Of a stretch of 64,000 nt of DNA, positions 57,480-64,000 are shown in pieces (the first letter of the stretch is position 1; every line of letters starts with the position of its first letter). The stretch is from Candidatus Hydrogenedentota bacterium (GTDB taxonomy: Bacteria > Hydrogenedentota > Hydrogenedentia > Hydrogenedentales > JAEUWI01). The stretch spans positions 1-64,000 of the forward strand of contig JAXMOL010000040.1 of assembly GCA_034669905.1 (NCBI GenBank), given 5' to 3'. The notes under the pieces were generated by a model, which was given only the letters and a program-made list of their open reading frames with translations, was not told the origin of the DNA and did not search any database. The position numbers and the translations under genes were made by a program.

Positions 57480-57639
57480 ACTTCACAGTACTTAGCCCCC
57501 CATAAAGTGCCGCGCATCTTGGCCATGGACGGCCCTTTTGCCGGCCCACCCTTCTTTTCATTTTGCCCTGTGTGATTCTCCGTATATACTTACTACGGAA
57601 CGGCAATCACCGAATAGTACGCAATTGTGAAGGAATATC

Positions 57640-60600
57640 ATGGGCACGTCTTCAGGCACTTCGTCGCTTTGGCGCGTAATTACTACACTCACGCTGGCAT
57701 TATTAGGAGTTAATTCGGCGCAAGGAGCCACTTTTCAGGTGACCAGTGCTTCTGATTCCGGCCCGGGAAGCCTGCGGGACGCGATTGACCAGAGCAACAG
57801 CAACGGCGAAGCGGACACGATTACCTTTAACTTTGGTACATCCACGACCATCGAATTGACAGGCCCCCTTCCCCCACTCACCGAAGGCGGTACCGTCATC
57901 GATGGCGGCAACACGATAATCCTTGACGGGAGCCTCGTCACGGACCGAGGTATCGGTTTCGCCATCACGTCAGCCAATAACGCAATAGAAAACATGATCA
58001 TCGTCAATTTCCCGGGGGACGGTATCTCCATCGTCGGTGATGGGGCCACCAGCAATCGGGTTCAGGGTTGTCGTATTGGAACCGATGGCACCGAAGCCCG
58101 TCCCAACAGGCGGGACGGCATCCGTCTGGGCTTCGGCGCCAGCAGCAATCTGATAGGCGGTGTCAACACCGCCAATCGCAATATCATTTCCGGAAACGGG
58201 CGCAACGGCATCACGGTCAGCCGTGATAACCTTATCAACGGCCCCACGGAAAACAACATCATCCAAGGCAACTATATTGGCACCAATGCCGAGGGGGACG
58301 GGGCCATTCCCAACGGCTCACACGGCGTGCAGCTTTACAAGCAGGCCGCTAACAACTTCGTCGGCGGTGTGGCAGCAGGCGCAGGCAACCTCATTTCGGG
58401 CAACCGGGAAAATGGGATCACCCTGGAAGACGGCGGCACCTCCAACAATTTCGTACAGGGCAATTCCATCGGTACGGATGCAAGCGGGACCGATGTGTTG
58501 GCAAACCGCTTCAGTGGCGTGTACATCAGCAAAGGCGCTTCCAGCAACAACATTGGCGGCAACGCGGCAGGTGCGGGAAATCTAATCTCTGGCAACGATC
58601 ACGATGGCGTCGTAATCCGCGATGGCGGCTCGACCGACAACTACGTCCAGGGGAACCTCATTGGAACGGACCGGGATGGTCTCGGCGACGTTCCCAATGG
58701 TGGTCGGGGTGTGGATATCAGTTTTGGCGCACGCCTGAATGTTATCGGCGGTGCTTCCAGCGGAGACGGCAACGTCATCAGTGGTAACCGAAACGAAGGC
58801 GTCCGTATCCAGGGCAGCGCGACGGCCGGAAATATTGTGCAAGGCAACCTCATCGGCGTTGACATCAATGGCGACAGGATGCCCGGTAACTCCATCGGAG
58901 TCGTGGTTCGCGAAGGCGCTTCTGGAAACCGTATTGGTGGCACCCAGACCGGGGAAGGCAACACCATCGCCGACAATGGCGGTTTCGGCGTCTTAATTGA
59001 AGGGGCCAACAGTACCAGCAACGCTATCCGGCAGAACAGCATTACCGGAAACCGTAACGACGGCATCAAGCTGGCGCGAGAAGGCAACGCGAATATCGCG
59101 GCCCCGGTCATCACCGGCCTCGACCCCGTCGCCGGAACGGCCCCCCTGGGGACGGAGGTCGAACTCTTTGCCGATGGCAACGGGGAAGGCGCCGTCTATA
59201 TCATGACGCTCTCTGCCACCAATGGAAGCTTTTCCGCCGCGATCGACTTGAGCGCCTACCAGGGGCTTTCGCTTACGGCCACGGCCACCGGGATCGCGGG
59301 CAACACCTCGGCGTTCAGTGAGGCCATGGCCATCGCCGATACGACCGAACCTGGAATTACCCTCCTCGGTGGCGACGACATCACCCAGGAATGCGGCGTC
59401 CCCTTTACGGAACCGGGCTTTACCGCCAGCGACAATGTGGGCGGAGACCTGACGGAATTGGTGGAGCGCACCGGGAATGTGGCGGTCGGCACGCCGGGCA
59501 GCTACACCCTGACTTACACCGTCGTGGACCAGAGTGGCAATACGACGATGGCCACCCGAACGGTCACGGTGCAGGATAGCACGGCACCGACGCTGGCCCT
59601 TAACGGCTCCCCGGAAATGTCGATTACCCTCGGCGATACCTTCAATGACCCGGGCGCCTCCGCAGAAGACGGCTGCGAAGGGGATCTCACCGGCAGCATT
59701 GTGGTGGGCGGCGATATGGTAAATACCAACGCAGCGGGCGACTACACCGTCACCTACGCGGCCACCGACGGATCGGGAAACACGGGCCTCATATCTCGCC
59801 TGGTGCGCGTATTGGAAGGCACCCCGCCCGTCATTACCCTGAACGGGCCCTCGGTGATGGTGCTCGAATGCAACGGACCTGCCTACGAAGAACCGAATGC
59901 GGTCGCGGAAGATGGCAACACCGGCGACCCGATCGGTGGATTGGTCATCGGGGGTGATACGGTGGACACCACGACCGTAGGCACCTATGTCGTGACCTAC
60001 GATGTGACCGACACCAGCGGTTCCACCGACCTGCCCGCTACCCGGAAGATTCGAACGGTCCACGTCGTCGATGCGACCGCACCGACAATCACCTTGAACG
60101 GCCCCGATACCGTCACCGTGGAGTGTGGCACGCCCCTGAATGACCCCGGCGCCGTCGCCATGGACGCCTGTGAAGGGGAACTCCCCGTCGAATCCAACAT
60201 CACGGCGGACAACGGAAAGGGAAGCGCCAAGCTGGTCATTCCCGGCACCTATACCATCACTTATCGCGCAACAGACAGCAACGGCAATGTGGGTATGGCC
60301 ACACGAACGGTCAACGTAGAGGACACCCAGCCACCACGCCTTGAACTGGTTGGCCCGGCCCGGATCACCTTGCTCACGGGCATGAGCATCAACGATTTTG
60401 GTGCCACCGCGCTGGACGCCTGCGCCGGTGACATCACGGGTGACATCGTCATTGATGGGGATGCCGTCGACCTCGAAACGGCCGGTGTCTACGAAGTGAC
60501 CTTCAACGTCTCCGACCCCCTCGGCAATGTCTCCCCCACCCTTACCCGGGAAGTGGTGGTACTCGATGAATTGCGGGTCGATGTGGCCATGATCAATGCC

Positions 60601-62487
60601 GTCGATCCACAAGGCACCGGCAGTCGCCCCTTCGGCCGCATCCGCGATGCCCTCCTCATGGCCCAGGATCTCTTTGAAGAAGACCGCGCCATCGGCATTC
60701 GTCTGGAAGCAGGTACCTACCAGGAGCAGGTGGAGTTTATCCCCAACGCCGTGCTCATGGGCGCCGACCCCACCGACCCGTCGGCCACCGTTATCGAACC
60801 GGATGCCGGCCTGCTCGACGATTCCGACTCCGTATTGCTGGAAACGGCCAGCGACATTCAGATTTCCGATTTGACGATTCGCATGCCCGAAAGTGACGGG
60901 CTTTCCGATACGACCTTGCTCCGCATCGACGATGACGCGGTCAGCCTGGAAAACGTGGTGCTCGACGGCAGCACCCCCGGCGGAAACGTGGGCCTGCACA
61001 TCTCCGGCGCCACCTCCTCCGATTCGGTCCTGATGAACTGCACCCTCGAGAATCTCGATTGCGCCATCCTGACCCAAGACTCCAACGTTACCATTACCCG
61101 AAATACCTTCCGCAGCATTATGGGCGAATCCCTCCGTATCCTCGCCCCCACCCTCAAACAGGAAGATGAATCGTCGGTCCCTAATCTGGGCGACGTGGAT
61201 GACCTCGACAATACGGGCAACAATACCTTCGAGGAATCAGACGCGGCCTACATCGTCAATGAAAGTGACGAATCGGTTTCCGCAGAGGGCAACTACTGGG
61301 GGACGGATGACTACGATACCATCGAGGCGGGCATGGAAGGCGAGGTAGACTTCACGCCCTACTTCCTCAGTGCCGAACTCAATATCCTTACCGTGACCAT
61401 CGCCATTTCGGTGGAAGACGATAGCACCTCCGATCCGGTTACCACCGCCTCGGTAAGTATTGACCCCAGCGTCTTCGCCGATATTACCGACAACAACAAC
61501 GGCGTCTATGTCTTTCCTGCCCTGCCGCCGTCCACCTACACCTTCACCGCCACCGCGACCAACTTTGCATCGGGTATGACCACCGTAAGCGACCCTGACC
61601 TCATTGATGAAGGCCTCATCCGCTTAAGAGCCCTCGACACGACGGCCCCCGTCATCACGGTTCGAAACAACACCGCTGAATTCAACACGGTGGACTGTAA
61701 CTCCGGCACCTACGCCGATCCCGGGGCCTCCGCCTTGGACGACACCGACGGTGCCGTTGATGTCAGCACGTCAGGAAATGTGGACACGACCACCCCCGGT
61801 CAATACGTGATCACCTATACGGCAGTGGACAGCGCCGCCAATACGGCAATGGAAACCCGCACTGTAACCGTTCTCGACAACTGTGGTGGTGAAGGTGAAG
61901 GTGAAGGTGAAGGTGAAGGTGAAGGTGAAGGTGAAGGTGAAGGTGAAGGTGAAGGTGAAGGTGAAGGGGAAGGGGAAGGGGAAGGGGAAGGCGAAGGCGA
62001 AGGCGAAGGCGAAGGCGAAGGCGAAGGCGAAGGCGAAGGCGAAGGCGAAGGTGAAGGCGAAGGTGAAGGTGAAGGTGAAGGTGAAGGCGAAGGCGAAGGC
62101 GAAGGCGAAGGCGAAGGCGAAGGTGAGGGTGAGGGTGAAGGTGAAGGTGAAGGTGAAACGCCCCCCATCACGGACATTGCAGAGAGCCTGCTCGCCGGTT
62201 TTGGGAGCGCCGACGTGGACGCCGATGGCGTCCTATCTCTCACGGAAGCCCAGGCCGCATTCAGTGGACTGACTACTTCCCAATTCAATGAGCTCGATAC
62301 CAACAATGATGGCGGACTGAGCCGCGCGGAACTCTCCCAAACAATCAACGGCGATACCGGCGGCTGTGTCTTTTCCAAGGGACAAACGATCGCTCAGCTG
62401 ATCCAACACCGCTTGGGCGACCTGCTGATGTTGGGCCTGGCAACCCTCGTCCTGTTGGGATGGCGGCGACCCGAAACCCACCACTAA
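57640..62487 (+). CDS. Large surface protein: beta-helix repeats, DUF5011/HYR-like Ig repeats, (GE)45 linker, EF-hand pair, C-terminal TM anchor
   Basis: Signal peptide; [11 protein letters not shown]; repeated N.I.GN.IG coils; D..P.ITL.G....ECG...DPGA.A.D repeats; EF-hands DVDADGVLS and DTNNDGGLS; tail GGC...[18 protein letters not shown]. Confidence 0.9.
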   Translation: MGTSSGTSSLWRVITTLTLALLGVNSAQGATFQVTSASDSGPGSLRDAIDQSNSNGEADTITFNFGTSTTIELTGPLPPLTEGGTVIDGGNTIILDGSLVTDRGIGFAITSANNAIENMIIVNFPGDGISIVGDGATSNRVQGCRIGTDGTEARPNRRDGIRLGFGASSNLIGGVNTANRNIISGNGRNGITVSRDNLINGPTENNIIQGNYIGTNAEGDGAIPNGSHGVQLYKQAANNFVGGVAAGAGNLISGNRENGITLEDGGTSNNFVQGNSIGTDASGTDVLANRFSGVYISKGASSNNIGGNAAGAGNLISGNDHDGVVIRDGGSTDNYVQGNLIGTDRDGLGDVPNGGRGVDISFGARLNVIGGASSGDGNVISGNRNEGVRIQGSATAGNIVQGNLIGVDINGDRMPGNSIGVVVREGASGNRIGGTQTGEGNTIADNGGFGVLIEGANSTSNAIRQNSITGNRNDGIKLAREGNANIAAPVITGLDPVAGTAPLGTEVELFADGNGEGAVYIMTLSATNGSFSAAIDLSAYQGLSLTATATGIAGNTSAFSEAMAIADTTEPGITLLGGDDITQECGVPFTEPGFTASDNVGGDLTELVERTGNVAVGTPGSYTLTYTVVDQSGNTTMATRTVTVQDSTAPTLALNGSPEMSITLGDTFNDPGASAEDGCEGDLTGSIVVGGDMVNTNAAGDYTVTYAATDGSGNTGLISRLVRVLEGTPPVITLNGPSVMVLECNGPAYEEPNAVAEDGNTGDPIGGLVIGGDTVDTTTVGTYVVTYDVTDTSGSTDLPATRKIRTVHVVDATAPTITLNGPDTVTVECGTPLNDPGAVAMDACEGELPVESNITADNGKGSAKLVIPGTYTITYRATDSNGNVGMATRTVNVEDTQPPRLELVGPARITLLTGMSINDFGATALDACAGDITGDIVIDGDAVDLETAGVYEVTFNVSDPLGNVSPTLTREVVVLDELRVDVAMINAVDPQGTGSRPFGRIRDALLMAQDLFEEDRAIGIRLEAGTYQEQVEFIPNAVLMGADPTDPSATVIEPDAGLLDDSDSVLLETASDIQISDLTIRMPESDGLSDTTLLRIDDDAVSLENVVLDGSTPGGNVGLHISGATSSDSVLMNCTLENLDCAILTQDSNVTITRNTFRSIMGESLRILAPTLKQEDESSVPNLGDVDDLDNTGNNTFEESDAAYIVNESDESVSAEGNYWGTDDYDTIEAGMEGEVDFTPYFLSAELNILTVTIAISVEDDSTSDPVTTASVSIDPSVFADITDNNNGVYVFPALPPSTYTFTATATNFASGMTTVSDPDLIDEGLIRLRALDTTAPVITVRNNTAEFNTVDCNSGTYADPGASALDDTDGAVDVSTSGNVDTTTPGQYVITYTAVDSAANTAMETRTVTVLDNCGGEGEGEGEGEGEGEGEGEGEGEGEGEGEGEGEGEGEGEGEGEGEGEGEGEGEGEGEGEGEGEGEGEGEGEGEGEGEGEGEGEGEGEGEGETPPITDIAESLLAGFGSADVDADGVLSLTEAQAAFSGLTTSQFNELDTNNDGGLSRAELSQTINGDTGGCVFSKGQTIAQLIQHRLGDLLMLGLATLVLLGWRRPETHH
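61888..62157 (+). repeat. Coding hexamer repeat, (Gly-Glu) x45
   Basis: GGNGAR x45, in frame within the 57640-62487 CDS. Confidence 0.97.
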
Positions 62488-62658
62488 ACAGGCGAGGATT
62501 CATCTCGGATATTTTCCAGGTCATTCGATTGCCATCATAAAGACTTGGGGCTTGGGAGCACAGGCGGCCAGGCCAAACGTCCGTTGGCCTTTAGCAGGCG
62601 CTTGCGTACCCTCTCGTAACGAACGATTGGGATTTGCTCGAGGTCTACCTTCGCTCAT

Positions 62659-63579
62659 TTAGTTTCCTGCGGAACGTTCCTCCACATTCTGGATAGCCGC
62701 AACAAGTGCTTCGGGCACTTCTTCCTGGAGGAAGTGCCCGGCCTGGGTTTCCGTCACCGGTGCATCGGGGAACAGCTTCCGTACCCGCTTCAGGGAACGG
62801 CCCAGAATGGGATCGCGAATCCCCCAAACCAGCGAAACCGGACCGGCAAACGACTTGGCCCACGCTTCACACTCAGCCAGCCCCGCGATAGAAGGGTGTT
62901 CCGCACCGATGGGTACCATGCGGGCCAGGGCCAACGGCGCCGCGCGGTTCCCCCACCCGGAAAGAGGGTAGCGATAGGCACGCATTTCGTCCGCTCCCAG
63001 ACTCGCCGGATCCCCCTGAACCTTGGGCAACATGGGCAGGGGAAAATTGAGCCCCCGAAACGCTACCGTGCTGATAAACGGGCGGTTCGCAAAACGGTGA
63101 AATTTTGTCGCCTTCATACGGCGATCCGGCGGCTGGATAGACGTATTCGCGAATACGGCGCCCGTCACCCGTTCCGGGCACCGCGCCGCCATACCCGCCA
63201 CCTGGGGGCCACCCCAATCCTGACCGACTACAATGATATCCTCCAGTTCCAGGAGCTGTACCAGGGTCACCAGATTCTCCACATGAAAGGCCATGGAATG
63301 GGCATCGATTCGATGAGGCTTTTCACTCAGCCCCAGTCCAATCATGTCGGGTGCCACGACCCGAAAACCCGCCTCCACCAACGGAGGGATCACCTTGCGC
63401 CAGAGATAGGACCAGGTCGGGTTTCCATGCATCAACAAAACACAGCGCCCCACGCCCTCATCCACCAGATTCATTCGTCTGCCGTTAATGTCGATTTCCC
63501 GACGATTGAAGGGATAGTCCGCCACCAGCCACGGGGGTAAATCAGTGGAACTACACGGATACTCTTTCATCACGTCCAT
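62659..63579 (-). CDS. Alpha/beta hydrolase, haloalkane dehalogenase / OleB-like family
   Basis: Motifs HGNPTWSYLWR, PD.IG.GLS.KP, QDWGG nucleophile elbow, WG..DP and AGHFLQEE. Confidence 0.9.
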   Translation of the reverse strand: MDVMKEYPCSSTDLPPWLVADYPFNRREIDINGRRMNLVDEGVGRCVLLMHGNPTWSYLWRKVIPPLVEAGFRVVAPDMIGLGLSEKPHRIDAHSMAFHVENLVTLVQLLELEDIIVVGQDWGGPQVAGMAARCPERVTGAVFANTSIQPPDRRMKATKFHRFANRPFISTVAFRGLNFPLPMLPKVQGDPASLGADEMRAYRYPLSGWGNRAAPLALARMVPIGAEHPSIAGLAECEAWAKSFAGPVSLVWGIRDPILGRSLKRVRKLFPDAPVTETQAGHFLQEEVPEALVAAIQNVEERSAGN

Positions 63580-63838
63580 CCTTCTGGATTCTGCGCGTTG
63601 TCAAACGATATAGTGCACGTCAACCCACGGGGTCATGGAAGTAACCATAGCAGATCGGTATCAGCGGGTCCGAATTGTGAGAAAACTTCGCCATGTGCGC
63701 CACCAAAGGTCGGAAGACCAACAAATCGTTCCGCCCATGTCCTCTTCCGCCCCTTCCGACACGTTTACTTCACGGGACCGGTTGGACGGTACAACCTTTA
63801 AGCACCTCATCGCGATCAAACGGGGAAACACGACGACA

Positions 63839-64000
63839 ATGCATGTTCTACGCTACCTGGCACTCCTCGCGGCAGTGATATGCCATACCGTTGCCTGGGG
63901 GCAGTCCTCCCTGAGCACGACGGACTTTCATAGTCTCGCGGAGGGCTCACTGCGTCATGTCGTGGCCTGGAACAACCCCTCCGCCTCCGGTCCGCTCCGT
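63839..64000 (+). CDS. Partial secreted protein (5' end, runs off the window)
   Basis: MHVLRYLALLAAVICHTVAWGQSS... is signal-peptide-like, and the frame is open to the window end. Confidence 0.6.
   Translation, partial: MHVLRYLALLAAVICHTVAWGQSSLSTTDFHSLAEGSLRHVVAWNNPSASGPLR

Noticed and set aside
61815..62378. Poly-(SP) and poly-(VK/AK) ORFs
   Set aside because: These are alternative frames or antisense of the GE repeat inside the 1615-aa CDS.
62659..63579. True haloalkane dehalogenase activity, linked to the ethylene sensor
   Set aside because: The motifs are shared with OleB and other hydrolases, and the gene is 20 kb from the sensor with no evidence of linkage.

Overview
A 64-kb, GC-rich, densely coding bacterial chromosomal segment. 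The poly-(Gly-Glu) surface protein and the PVC-type gene content suggest Candidatus Hydrogenedentes or a PVC-like lineage; this is inference only. From left to right: the 3' end of an IS30-family transposase, recQ, assorted hydrolases, oxidoreductases and carbohydrate-active genes, a large azurin plus heme-c fusion protein, a PEP-CTERM protein, corA and msrB. Next comes a 9-gene type II secretion-like operon. It has no GspE/GspF, and its secretin has four N-domains and an apparent ExbD/TolR-like C-terminal domain. A four-gene signalling operon follows, headed by a histidine kinase with an ETR1-like ethylene-binding membrane domain and ending in an HD-GYP phosphodiesterase. Then come tRNA-Cys, a GH51 homologue that appears to lack both catalytic glutamates, and two Cys/Arg-rich Sel1-repeat genes flanked by direct repeats made of nested REP-like palindromes and (TTCACCC)n. 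The window ends with a 1615-aa surface protein carrying (GE)45 and a GC...GD-TM-basic C-terminal tail. No CRISPR array, rRNA or prophage was seen. All calls come from reading motifs by eye, without database searches.
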